Position numbers and translations under genes: made by a program
Source of the DNA: Vicinamibacteria bacterium
Lineage (GTDB): Bacteria > Acidobacteriota > Vicinamibacteria > Marinacidobacterales > Marinacidobacteraceae
Direction of reading: 5' to 3'
DNA: 64,000 bases
Assembly (NCBI GenBank): GCA_963422395.1
Contig: OY729431.1
Span: forward strand, 2,016,001-2,080,000
Notes under the pieces: generated by a model
Told to the model about the DNA's origin: nothing
Seen by the model: the letters and a program-made list of their open reading frames with translations, nothing else
Database searches by the model: none
Shown: positions 1 to 9,283 of the stretch, in pieces
Position numbering within the stretch: the stretch's first letter is position 1
How the letters are laid out: every line of letters begins with the position of its first letter

Positions 1-2
1 CT

Positions 3-1175
3 TGGGAGCATGTGGATGTGGGGCTGGCGGACGGTTTCCTGCTGCGTGAGTACCGGCGTTCGCTCCGAGGCCGGGCTTCGCCGCCCTGCGGCAAGCCGGT
101 CTCGATGCAGGTCCACCACACGAACGCCCGCGCCGCCCGTGCCGACGACCGCCGGCTGGTCTGCTACCACTGCGGGGTGGCCTGCGACCTCGCCGGGATG
201 CGGTCCGAGCGGATCGCCTTCCTCCAAGAGCTCGGGGCCGAAGCTCCACGGACGGCCCCGGCGGCGGAAGTTCGGCTGCCGGTCGTCGGCGCCGCGGCCC
301 CGCCTTCGTCGGGTTCCGGGGCGCGCCGCCGCCCCACTCCGCCGGCCCGGGCGCCCCAGGGGGATGCGGTCTGCTACCGCGCCCGCTTCGAGAAGTTCGG
401 TCCGATGGCGCTTCGGGGCCACGGGGAACTCCTTCGGGTCCTGCCTCGGGTGCTGCGCCGGGCGGGGTTGCCGCTCCGCTTCAGCGAAGGCTTCTCACCG
501 CGTCCGAAGCTCAGTTTCGGCCCCGCGCTGCCGCTCGGCATCCAGTCGCTGGCCGAATACTGCGAGTTCGTGCTGATCGGGAACGCCCCGCCGTCCGCAG
601 TGCTCGCGGCGCTCCGCCGAGCTTCCGAACCAGGGCTTCGGTTCACCGAACTCGTCCGGGTCGAACCGGGAGTGCCGCGGCTCTCGCGGTGGGCCTCCGC
701 ACTGCGCTACGCGGTGCTGCTCGCCGCAGACGCCGATCCGGTGGAGATCGAATCCCGCCTCTCGGCCTTCCGCGCAAGCGATTCCTGGCCCATCGTCCTG
801 ACCCGTCGGGTAAAACCGGGAGCCAGGCGGCGCAGCCCCGCTTCTCGCTCGGCGGCCCCGCGAGAACGAACCGTCGAGCAGGACCTCCACCGCTTCGTGG
901 ACGAGGTTCTCCTCGCACCCGCAGGGCCGGAAGCGGCGCTCTTCGGCTGCTCTGCCGAGCGTGCGACGCTGCGCTTTCGCACCGTGCTCCCCGGCGGCGG
1001 GCCGACGCCGCGCCCGGACGAGATCACCCACTCGCTGCTCGGCTTCGAGCCAGTGGCACCGGAGATCCTCCGCACCGCCTGCGAACCGGCCGACGCCGCC
1101 TCTGCGAGTTCTCCGGCGGGATCCCCCACCCCGCAACCCAGATGCTCAGCAGCGCCTGCCGCGGAATCGGGATGA
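3..1175 (+). CDS. C-terminal part of a TIGR03960-type B12-binding radical SAM protein fused to a TIGR03936 (DUF2344) radical SAM-linked domain; 5' truncated by the window
   Basis: Frame open from the window edge: WEHVDVG..FLLREY, CYHCGVAC, then the DUF2344-like stretch RRAGLPLRFSEGFSPRPKLSFGPALPLGIQSLAEY. Confidence 0.8.
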   Translation, partial: WEHVDVGLADGFLLREYRRSLRGRASPPCGKPVSMQVHHTNARAARADDRRLVCYHCGVACDLAGMRSERIAFLQELGAEAPRTAPAAEVRLPVVGAAAPPSSGSGARRRPTPPARAPQGDAVCYRARFEKFGPMALRGHGELLRVLPRVLRRAGLPLRFSEGFSPRPKLSFGPALPLGIQSLAEYCEFVLIGNAPPSAVLAALRRASEPGLRFTELVRVEPGVPRLSRWASALRYAVLLAADADPVEIESRLSAFRASDSWPIVLTRRVKPGARRRSPASRSAAPRERTVEQDLHRFVDEVLLAPAGPEAALFGCSAERATLRFRTVLPGGGPTPRPDEITHSLLGFEPVAPEILRTACEPADAASASSPAGSPTPQPRCSAAPAAESG

Positions 1176-2269
1176 GACGGGCACTCTCGGCCGGGCGCGA
1201 GGCGGTCGCGCTGCCGGGGGCGGAACGGTCCGGCGATCGAAGCCGCCCTCCCGACGCCTCCTTGCCACCCGGAAACTGCAGCGAGCTCGACAAGCTCGAG
1301 GGACCCCTCGGGGGGAGGGTTCGCCCGCCGCCGATCAGCGCTCGGAACTTCGGCGGAATCACGGTTCCCCACCCCTTTCCGTATCAGGGCAGCAAGCGGA
1401 GCATCGCCCGCCACATCCTTCCGCACTTCCCGCGATCCATCGGCAGTCTGATCGAACCCTTCTGCGGATCCGCGGCGCTCTCCATCGCCGCCGTGTCCCA
1501 CGGGCTTGCCGAGAGAGTCTGGCTGAACGATGTCAACGCGCCGCTCATCAGGCTATGGGGCGAGATCCTGGAAAACCCCGAGAGACTCGCTGCAGGCTAC
1601 GGAGCGCTGTGGAACGAGCAGCGCGCCGATCGCAAGCAGTTCTTCCTCCGGATCCGAAGGGAGTTCAACGAGACTCATGAAACGCATCATCTCCTCTACC
1701 TGCTGGCGCGCATCGTGAAAGGATCCATTCGTTACGGCCGGGACGGCCGCTTCAACCAGAGTCCGGACAACCGCCGGGCGGGAATGCGGCCGGCAACGAT
1801 GCGGCGGCAGATCCTGGGAGTCTCGAATCGTCTCTCCGGAAGAACGAGACTCACGGCTTCGGACTACCGGATGGTGGCGGCCCAGGCAGCGGCGGAGGAT
1901 CTGGTGTACCTGGATCCTCCGTACCAAGGCACTTCCTCTTCTCGCGACCAACGCTACTACAGTGGTGTCGGGTATGGAGAATTGGTGGGGACACTTCAGG
2001 AGATGAATGCCGCGGGGATTTCCTTCATCGTCAGTTACGACGGTCGAACCGGGAACAAGGATCACGGAAGATCCCTTCCGGAGGAGCTGTCGCTCACCAG
2101 GCTTCCCATTCGATCCGGGGTGTCGAGCCAGTCTGTTTTGTTGGGAAACGCTTCCGAGACGATCGAGTCTCTCTATCTTTCTCCCGCCCTCAGGTCCCGC
2201 CTCGACAGCGGAGAGGAGCGGGGACACCGCCGAAGGGGCGCGGCTCACGCCCACTCTTTGTTCGCATGA
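1172..2269 (+). CDS. Dam/D12-family N6-adenine DNA methyltransferase of a Type II R-M pair
   Basis: PYQGSKR, motif I LIEPFCGSAA, catalytic LVYLDPPY. ATG at 1172 overlaps the upstream stop (ATGA). The conserved domain begins only near 1360, so the start is uncertain. Confidence 0.88.
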   Translation: MRRALSAGREAVALPGAERSGDRSRPPDASLPPGNCSELDKLEGPLGGRVRPPPISARNFGGITVPHPFPYQGSKRSIARHILPHFPRSIGSLIEPFCGSAALSIAAVSHGLAERVWLNDVNAPLIRLWGEILENPERLAAGYGALWNEQRADRKQFFLRIRREFNETHETHHLLYLLARIVKGSIRYGRDGRFNQSPDNRRAGMRPATMRRQILGVSNRLSGRTRLTASDYRMVAAQAAAEDLVYLDPPYQGTSSSRDQRYYSGVGYGELVGTLQEMNAAGISFIVSYDGRTGNKDHGRSLPEELSLTRLPIRSGVSSQSVLLGNASETIESLYLSPALRSRLDSGEERGHRRRGAAHAHSLFA

Positions 2270-2994
2270 GCGAACGAAATCTTCCAGAAGCCTTCCGCAG
2301 GCTTCTGGAGGCAGTAGATGCCAAGAGGCCTCGAACGGTAATCCAGCATCTTCTGAAGCATGGGCAGATAACGACCGAAGACCTGCAGACCAGGTATGGA
2401 TACAACCATCCGCCGAGAGCGATCCGAGATGTGCGGGAGCTGGGAATCCCGATCGATACCTTCCGGGTGACCGGATCGGATGGCAGGAGTATTGCGGCGT
2501 ACAGATTTGGCGATCCGAAACAGGTGCGCGCAGCACTGATGGGACGCACCGCATTCGCTGCTGGCTTGAAAAACGAACTCCTGGAGAATCCCGGTACGCG
2601 CTGCAATATCTATCTCGAAGAATTTCCTGCTCAGGAGCTGCAGATCGATCATCGAATTCCCTTCGAGATCGCCGGCGATCACCCAGCATCCGCGGATCCC
2701 GACCGATACCTGCTCCTGTGCGCCTCGGCGAACCGGGCGAAGTCATGGAGCTGTGAGCACTGCACGAACTGGAAGCAGAAAGACCCGAAAATCTGCAAGT
2801 CCTGTTATTGGGCCTATCCAGAGGAATATACCCATGTCGCCATGCGCGAGATCCGCCGTCTCGACATTCTCTGGCGAGACGACGAAATCTCCGACTACGA
2901 AAATCTTCGGAAGGTTTCCTCGATAGCTCGACAGGAGATTCCGGAATATGTGAAGAGCGTGCTGCGGAAAATCTTTTCGGGAAAGGAGAGCTGA
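2266..2994 (+). CDS. HNH-type Type II restriction endonuclease, SphI-like
   Basis: N-terminal HTH-like YNHPPRAIRD, HNH core LQIDHRIPF...LCASANRAKSWSCEHC and CKSC. ATGA overlap with the MTase and visibly lower GC. The resemblance to R.SphI is from recall of that sequence. Confidence 0.78.
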   Translation: MSERNLPEAFRRLLEAVDAKRPRTVIQHLLKHGQITTEDLQTRYGYNHPPRAIRDVRELGIPIDTFRVTGSDGRSIAAYRFGDPKQVRAALMGRTAFAAGLKNELLENPGTRCNIYLEEFPAQELQIDHRIPFEIAGDHPASADPDRYLLLCASANRAKSWSCEHCTNWKQKDPKICKSCYWAYPEEYTHVAMREIRRLDILWRDDEISDYENLRKVSSIARQEIPEYVKSVLRKIFSGKES

Positions 2995-4829
2995 TGACCA
3001 GGATCGGGGCCGACGATCGGTTCGCTGTGAAGATGCAGGGTCTTGCCGTTGCCGCGATGGCGATCGCGGCCGCTGCCGGATCGGTGTGTGCCGCCAGTGC
3101 AATGGAGCGCGACGAGCCGCTTCACGCGCTTTTCGATGAATTCATGGAGTTCCGGCGCCGTGAGGAGCCTCGCTTCGCGGCCTCGATCGACGGAATCCCT
3201 CCGGAGAGCCTCGGCCGGGTGACCGAAGTGCATGTCGCGAACCGAACTGCCATGGTCCGGGAGTTCCGGGACCGACTCCTGGAGATTCCCCATGAGCGGC
3301 TCTCGGACGAAGACCGCGTGCACCGCGATGTGTTCGAGGTGGCGCTTTCCGAAAGGATCGGCGACGCCCGGTTCGGCGCCCACTTCCTCCCCATCAACGC
3401 CGATTCGGGCTTCCACATCGGAATGGCGCGGCTCCCGCATTCGATCCCCCTGCGCGCTGCAGCGGATTACGAGGCGTATATCGCCCTGCTCCTCGACATC
3501 CCGCGTTACTTCGATGAATACATCGCCCTGATGCGGCGGGGGATCGAACTGGGTATGACGGTCCCCGGCATCGTCCTCGAGGGATATGAGGGCACGATCA
3601 CCAGTCATGTGGTCGAGGACCCCGAAGCGAGCGTTTTCTTCGCGCCCTTCGATGCCTTCCCCGAGCGGATCGGCGAGGCAGATCGCGGGCGGCTCCGCTC
3701 CGCTGGCGCAGCAGCAGTGAGAGAAGGCCCGATATCCGCTTACCGATCCTTTCTCGACTTCTTCGAGAACGAATACCGCCCTGCGGCCCGAACTACGATC
3801 GCCGCGTCGGACCTGCCGGCAGGAGAAGAGTACTACGCATTCCTCATCGGTCGGTTCACCACTCTCGACCGGACAGCCGAGGAAATCCACCGAATCGGCC
3901 TCGAAGAAGTGGAGCGCATCCGCGGCGAGATGGATCAGGCGATGCGCGCCACCGGTTTTCGCGGGGAATGGGACGCCTTCCTGGAGTTCCTGCGTACCGA
4001 TCCCCGCTTCTATGTGGAGACTCCCGAAGAGCTGCTGCGAGAAGCGGCATGGATCGTGAAACGGATGGACGGTGCGCTGCCGCGCCTGTTCCGCCAGCTG
4101 CCCCGCCAGCCCTACACCGTGGAGCCGGTGCCGGACGCCATCGCGCCGAAGTACACCGGTGGTCGCTATGTGGGAGCCCCACTCGCCTCCACGCAGCCGG
4201 GTCGCTACTGGGTGAATACCTACCGGGTCGAAAGTCGTCCGCTCTATACCCTCGAAGCGCTCTCTCTCCACGAAGCGGTCCCCGGCCATCACTTGCAGAT
4301 CTCGCTCGCCAAAGAGCTCGAAATGCCTGCGTTTCGCCGGCACTTCGGGATCGGCGCATACAGCGAGGGCTGGGCGCTCTATTCGGAGCGGCTCGGCCTC
4401 GAGGCGGGCTTCTACGAAGATCCCTACCGCAATTTCGGCCGACTGACCTACGAGATGTGGCGTGCCTGCCGACTGGTGGTGGACACCGGAATGCACGCTC
4501 TCGGCTGGACCCGCCAGCAAGCCCTCGACTACCTCGCCGCAAACACCGCGCTCTCGCTCCACGAGATCACTACCGAGACCGACCGCTATATCGCTTGGCC
4601 GGGGCAAGCGCTCGGCTACAAGATGGGTGAGCTCAAGATCCGTGAAATGCGCGCACTCGCCGAGGCCGCGTTGGGGGAGGACTTCGACATCCGCGAGTTC
4701 CACCACCAGGTTCTCTCGAATGGTCCGGTGACTCTCCCGATCCTCGACCGCCTCCTCCGGACCTGGATCTCGGAGCGTTCCACTTCGGAAGCACCAGAGC
4801 CCCTCGGGGATGGAGATCGCGGTGACTAG
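2994..4829 (+). CDS. DUF885 family exported protein (metallopeptidase-like HExxxxH)
   Basis: AAGGAG RBS and TGATG overlap; signal-like Ala-rich N-terminus; LHEAVPGHHLQ, EGWALYSE, RACRLVVDTGMH, PGQALGYKMG. Confidence 0.92.
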   Translation: MTRIGADDRFAVKMQGLAVAAMAIAAAAGSVCAASAMERDEPLHALFDEFMEFRRREEPRFAASIDGIPPESLGRVTEVHVANRTAMVREFRDRLLEIPHERLSDEDRVHRDVFEVALSERIGDARFGAHFLPINADSGFHIGMARLPHSIPLRAAADYEAYIALLLDIPRYFDEYIALMRRGIELGMTVPGIVLEGYEGTITSHVVEDPEASVFFAPFDAFPERIGEADRGRLRSAGAAAVREGPISAYRSFLDFFENEYRPAARTTIAASDLPAGEEYYAFLIGRFTTLDRTAEEIHRIGLEEVERIRGEMDQAMRATGFRGEWDAFLEFLRTDPRFYVETPEELLREAAWIVKRMDGALPRLFRQLPRQPYTVEPVPDAIAPKYTGGRYVGAPLASTQPGRYWVNTYRVESRPLYTLEALSLHEAVPGHHLQISLAKELEMPAFRRHFGIGAYSEGWALYSERLGLEAGFYEDPYRNFGRLTYEMWRACRLVVDTGMHALGWTRQQALDYLAANTALSLHEITTETDRYIAWPGQALGYKMGELKIREMRALAEAALGEDFDIREFHHQVLSNGPVTLPILDRLLRTWISERSTSEAPEPLGDGDRGD

Positions 4830-4917
4830 AACCGGTCGGTTGCGCCGATACCGTACGACGATCTCGCTCGGGAGAGGCGCGTTTTCAGTTCGTGGAATCG
4901 GAACGGGAGCGATGGGG

Positions 4918-7900
4918 TCAGCGGTTTCCGGGGATCCTCCTTCCCGGCGTCCACGGGGCGCCCGCTGCTTCGAGGTCGGCTTCGAGCCGAGCCAGGTCTT
5001 CCTCGAGGAGTGAACGCAGCTCGATCCGGAGCGTCTCGAACTCTTCGCCAGCGATCCGCAGGCTCTCGCGCTGGGTATCGGTAGGCGTCTGCCGGGTGTC
5101 CCAGTGGCCGCCCGCGACCTGCGAAACCCGGCCGCGGATCGAGGGAGCGGCGGGGTGGTTGCGCGACCCTCGGGCGGGATCCCCGTTCAGACGCACTTCG
5201 AGCCCGGAGAGGGTTTCGAGGAGGCCGTCCAGGCGAGAGAAGACCGCCTCTGCGGCGCGGGGAGTGCGCTCGAGTGCTGCCCGCAAGTGGCGGAGACGTT
5301 CCCGTATGCGGCTGGCCTCGGCTCCGGCGCCCAGCACCTGCCGCAGCAGCGCGGCGGTTTCGGACTGAAACGCGGCGACTGCCGCCGGATCGGTTCCCTC
5401 GGGAAGGTTCGGCACCGGTTTCACCCGGAACCGCTGCGGTTCACCGAGATTTCGGACGCCGCTGCTGCTGACCGCGATCAGCTCCGCCTGGTACTCGCCC
5501 GGCGCCGCCAGCGGCCCCTGCGGAGGCCGCACCCACGGCGGAGTGAATCCGGGAGAGTCGAGACGCACCGGGTTCGGCGCCGGGCCACGCAGGTCCCAGG
5601 CGACCCGGTGGACGCCGTCCTCGGCGGGACCGGCGACCCGACGCACCGGCGCCCCGCGGTCGTCCCGGATCAGCAGGAAAACCGACGGGTCCGCTTCCAA
5701 CTCCTCCAGCCGCAGCGCGTCGAAGCCCGGAAACGGAATGTCCCGACCGGCTTCCCCGGCCTTCTTCTCGTCGGCGCGGCGCTTTTCGCGCGCCGTCTGG
5801 AGTTCCTCGCTGAGGTAGTAGGTGAACACCGCGCCGAACGGCGGGTTGGCAGCCGCATAGGCGGTGCTCCCCTGCGTCGGGCGTCCCGGAGCCTGCGCCG
5901 GCACGGACGGGATATACCACCACGCGTCGCGCGCCGGGAAGAGGGTGGATTCGCCGGAGCGGACCGCGGCGGCGAGGCTCCGGAGCGGGGCGTAGTCGTC
6001 CAGGATGAAGAAGCCGCGCCCGAAGGAAGCGCCGACGAGGTCGTCATCGCGGCGCTGCAGTTCCAGGTCGCGGAAAGCGATCGTCGGAGCGCCCGGCAGC
6101 CGGACCCAGTGTTCCCCGCGGTTCCACGACACATAGAGCCCGTTCTCGGCGGCCAGGAACAGGAGAGCCGGTTCCACATCGTCCTGTTCGATCGCCCAGA
6201 CGATCACCCCTTCGGGGAGGTCACCGCCGATCGACCGCCAGCTCGTTCCCCGGTCGCGGCTCTCGTAGAGATACGCGTCGAAATCGCCCATCTTGTGGTT
6301 GTCCGCCGCCACGAAGACGGTATCGGCGTCGTGCTGCGACGCCTCCACATCGTTGATGAAGGAAAGCGCCGGCAATCCGGGGAACGAGCCCACCGGCTCC
6401 CACGAACCGCCGCCGTCGCCGCTGCGGTGCACCAAGCCGTCGTCGCTGCCGGCATAGAGAACGCCGGCGGCGACCGGCGACTCGCTGATCGCGGTGAGGG
6501 TCGCATAGCGGGACATCGCTGCGGTGTCGTGGAGGTCGTCCACGCTCCACACCCGGTCGTAGAAGGGCAGCTCGTAGCGGTTGCGGCCGGTGGTCAGATC
6601 ACCGCTGGCCGCAGCCCACGACTGGCCCCGGTCCTCGCTCCGCCAGACTCGCTGGGATCCATACCAGAGGTGGTCGGGGTCATGCGGACTGAGAAGGAGA
6701 GGCGCGTCCCAGTTCCATCGCTCGGGCGGCTCTCCAGGCGCCGGCAGCGGCTGGAGGTGGAGCACTTCGCCGCTCCGGCGGTCGGCTCGCTGCAAGTTGC
6801 CCTGTTGGGTCATCAGATAGAGGATCTTCGGATCGCGCGGATCGATCTGGACACCGTAGCCGTCGGCCCCGAGAGGCACATACCAGTCCCGGTTTCGGAT
6901 CCCCTCCAGGTTCAGCGTGCGGGAAGGGCCATGCACCGTACCGAGATCCTGCGCCCCGCCGAGCAGGTCGTAGAAGGGCTCGGCATCGCTCAGTGCCACC
7001 TTGTAGAACTGGGAGATCGGCAGGTTCGGGAAGTGGCGCCAACTCGCACCCTCGTCGAAGGTCTCGTAGAGCCCGGCGTCGGTGCCCGCGAGCAGGTGGG
7101 CGTGGTCTTCGGGGTCGATCCAGAGCGCGTGGTTGTCGCTGTGCTTCTCGCGTCCGGTTCCGAGGGGGGAGAAGGTCCGGCCGCCGTCGCGGGTCACATG
7201 CAAGAAGACATCCATCTGGTACACGAGATCGGGATCCGTGGAGGACGCCTCGATCTCCTGGTAGTAGTGGGGGCCGGTCCCGCCGGAGAGGTAGGGACTC
7301 TGCCGCTCCCAGCTCTCGCCGAGGTCCAGGGAGCGGTAGAAGCCCCGCACTTCTTCTTCGGCTTCGATCGTCGCATAGAGCCGGCTAGGGTCCGCGGCGG
7401 TCACCGCGAGTCCGATCTTGCCCACCTGTCCCTCGGGAAGCCCGCGGGAGATCCGGCGGAAACTGCGGCCTCCGTCGGACGACTTGTAGATTCCGGAGCC
7501 GGGACCCCCGGCCAGGAACGACCAGACATGCCGGCGCCGCTGGTAGGTCGCCGCATAGACGGTGTCCGGGTCGCCGGGGGCGAACTCGAGATCCGTCGCC
7601 CCGGTGTCCGGCCCGGAATCGAGCACCAGGGTCCAGTGCGCTCCCCCGTCTTCGGTCCGGTACACCCCCCGCTCCCCGCCGCTGTTCCAGAGCGGACCCT
7701 CCGCCGCCACCAGCACGGTGTCTCCATCGCGCGGGTCCACCAGGATCTTTCCGATGTGCTGCGAGCCGGCGAGCCCCATCCGTTCCCACGAACCGCCGCC
7801 GTCCCGGCTCCGGTACACCCCGTCGCCCCAGCCGACATGCCGCCCGCTCACATTCTCGCCGGTGCCGAGCCAGACGACCTCCGGATTCGAGGGGTCGAGG

Positions 7901-8259
7901 GTGACCGCCCCGATGGAGTAGGAGGGGTACTCGTCGAAGACCGGCGTCCAGGTCGTTCCCGCGTTCTCCGTCTTCCAGAGCCCGCCGGAACCAACGGCCG
8001 CATACCAGGTGGACTGCCGCTCCGGGTGCACCGCGATGTCCGCGATGCGGCCTCCCATGAGGGCCGGGCCGATCCCGCGGAGCTCCAGTCCGGAGATCGC
8101 CTCCGCGACCGCCGCGGGGGCGGGTGTCCGGTCCTGATCTTCAGGCTGGCTCCCCGCTGGGCCTCCTGTCGGGATGCCCGATCGGCTCGCCGCCGGGCTC
8201 GCCGCCAGCGCCGCGGCCGCGAGCAGCAGGACGAACCCGATCTTCTTCGACGACTTCAT
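4918..8259 (-). CDS. Exported BNR/Asp-box repeat (VPS10/sortilin-like) glycosyl hydrolase-like protein
   Basis: Signal peptide MKSSKKIGFVLLLAAAALAA; RGIGPALMGGRIADI; many S/T-x-D-G-G-x-S/T-W Asp-boxes; C-terminal coiled coil. Confidence 0.88.
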   Translation of the reverse strand: MKSSKKIGFVLLLAAAALAASPAASRSGIPTGGPAGSQPEDQDRTPAPAAVAEAISGLELRGIGPALMGGRIADIAVHPERQSTWYAAVGSGGLWKTENAGTTWTPVFDEYPSYSIGAVTLDPSNPEVVWLGTGENVSGRHVGWGDGVYRSRDGGGSWERMGLAGSQHIGKILVDPRDGDTVLVAAEGPLWNSGGERGVYRTEDGGAHWTLVLDSGPDTGATDLEFAPGDPDTVYAATYQRRRHVWSFLAGGPGSGIYKSSDGGRSFRRISRGLPEGQVGKIGLAVTAADPSRLYATIEAEEEVRGFYRSLDLGESWERQSPYLSGGTGPHYYQEIEASSTDPDLVYQMDVFLHVTRDGGRTFSPLGTGREKHSDNHALWIDPEDHAHLLAGTDAGLYETFDEGASWRHFPNLPISQFYKVALSDAEPFYDLLGGAQDLGTVHGPSRTLNLEGIRNRDWYVPLGADGYGVQIDPRDPKILYLMTQQGNLQRADRRSGEVLHLQPLPAPGEPPERWNWDAPLLLSPHDPDHLWYGSQRVWRSEDRGQSWAAASGDLTTGRNRYELPFYDRVWSVDDLHDTAAMSRYATLTAISESPVAAGVLYAGSDDGLVHRSGDGGGSWEPVGSFPGLPALSFINDVEASQHDADTVFVAADNHKMGDFDAYLYESRDRGTSWRSIGGDLPEGVIVWAIEQDDVEPALLFLAAENGLYVSWNRGEHWVRLPGAPTIAFRDLELQRRDDDLVGASFGRGFFILDDYAPLRSLAAAVRSGESTLFPARDAWWYIPSVPAQAPGRPTQGSTAYAAANPPFGAVFTYYLSEELQTAREKRRADEKKAGEAGRDIPFPGFDALRLEELEADPSVFLLIRDDRGAPVRRVAGPAEDGVHRVAWDLRGPAPNPVRLDSPGFTPPWVRPPQGPLAAPGEYQAELIAVSSSGVRNLGEPQRFRVKPVPNLPEGTDPAAVAAFQSETAALLRQVLGAGAEASRIRERLRHLRAALERTPRAAEAVFSRLDGLLETLSGLEVRLNGDPARGSRNHPAAPSIRGRVSQVAGGHWDTRQTPTDTQRESLRIAGEEFETLRIELRSLLEEDLARLEADLEAAGAPWTPGRRIPGNR

Positions 8260-8424
8260 CGGTGAGACAGCGATTCTGCCGCCGGGCCGACGGCCCTCGA
8301 TGGTAGGGTATGGCATGAGATTCGCACTCCTCTTCCCCGGGGCCCGGCTTCCTGCCAGCGGCGGCGTCGTCCCCCCCGAGGAGGGGAATGCTAGATGCGA
8401 TCCTCGAAAGGAGATGTTCGATCC

Positions 8425-9273
8425 ATGACGCTGCCTCGCAGCGCCGCTTCTCGCCGGGCGATTCGGCGCTGGCCGGCACGCCGGACGCGGTTCGTCAGCC
8501 GGGGAGTGGTGCTGGCAGTGATCTCGCTGAGCTTCGGAGGGTTGCTCTGGATCCCCACGAGCTGGGCGGGATGGGCGGTGGACATCCTGGTGCGGAGCTG
8601 GTTGGCATTCATCGGAACGGTGATGGCCCACGAGGCGGTGCACGGTCTGCTCGGCGGCTCTCGGCGGACGAACGCGGTCTGGGGGCGGATCGCCCTCTTG
8701 CCCTGCCTCGTGCCCTACGCGAATTTCCGCGCGACCCACCTCCTCCACCATCGGCACACGAACGAGCCGGATCGAGATCCGGATCTGTTCCTCCAAGACG
8801 CCCGCCGCTGGCAGCTGCCGCTCCGGGCGCTCGCCATGCCCCATCAGTGGTTCTTCTGGCTCCGCCGCCGCGGGCGGCTGCCTGCCGGCCAGCTCGCCGA
8901 CCTCTCACTGAACTACCTCGGGATCGGCGTCTGTTACCTCGCGGTCGGTCTGGTGGTGGGGCCCCTGCGCCTCTTCGCCGGAGTGCTTCCCGTCTGTTTC
9001 CTCGTTTCGCTGCTGCTCTGGATCCCGTTCGCCCATCTCACCCATGAGGGATACGCCACCGGCGCCGCCGGAGCGCGCTCCCATGACTATTTCGGCCGCC
9101 TCGCATACTGGTTCTCCTTCGGACTCTCGATGCACCGGGAACACCATCTGCGGCCCCATCTCAGCTGGATCGAGCTGCGCCAGTTCGTGCGGCGCGATCC
9201 GCACCGCCGCCTGCTGCCCCGGCGGGACTTCTGGCGCGGAGCGCCCTCCCCAGCCGCCGGCCGCTCCCGCTGA
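8425..9273 (+). CDS. Membrane fatty acid desaturase/hydroxylase family protein
   Basis: Three His boxes HEAVH, HLLHH, HREHH with hydrophobic segments; AAGGAG RBS at about 8408-8413. Confidence 0.88.
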   Translation: MTLPRSAASRRAIRRWPARRTRFVSRGVVLAVISLSFGGLLWIPTSWAGWAVDILVRSWLAFIGTVMAHEAVHGLLGGSRRTNAVWGRIALLPCLVPYANFRATHLLHHRHTNEPDRDPDLFLQDARRWQLPLRALAMPHQWFFWLRRRGRLPAGQLADLSLNYLGIGVCYLAVGLVVGPLRLFAGVLPVCFLVSLLLWIPFAHLTHEGYATGAAGARSHDYFGRLAYWFSFGLSMHREHHLRPHLSWIELRQFVRRDPHRRLLPRRDFWRGAPSPAAGRSR

Positions 9274-9283
9274 GGGAACTCCC

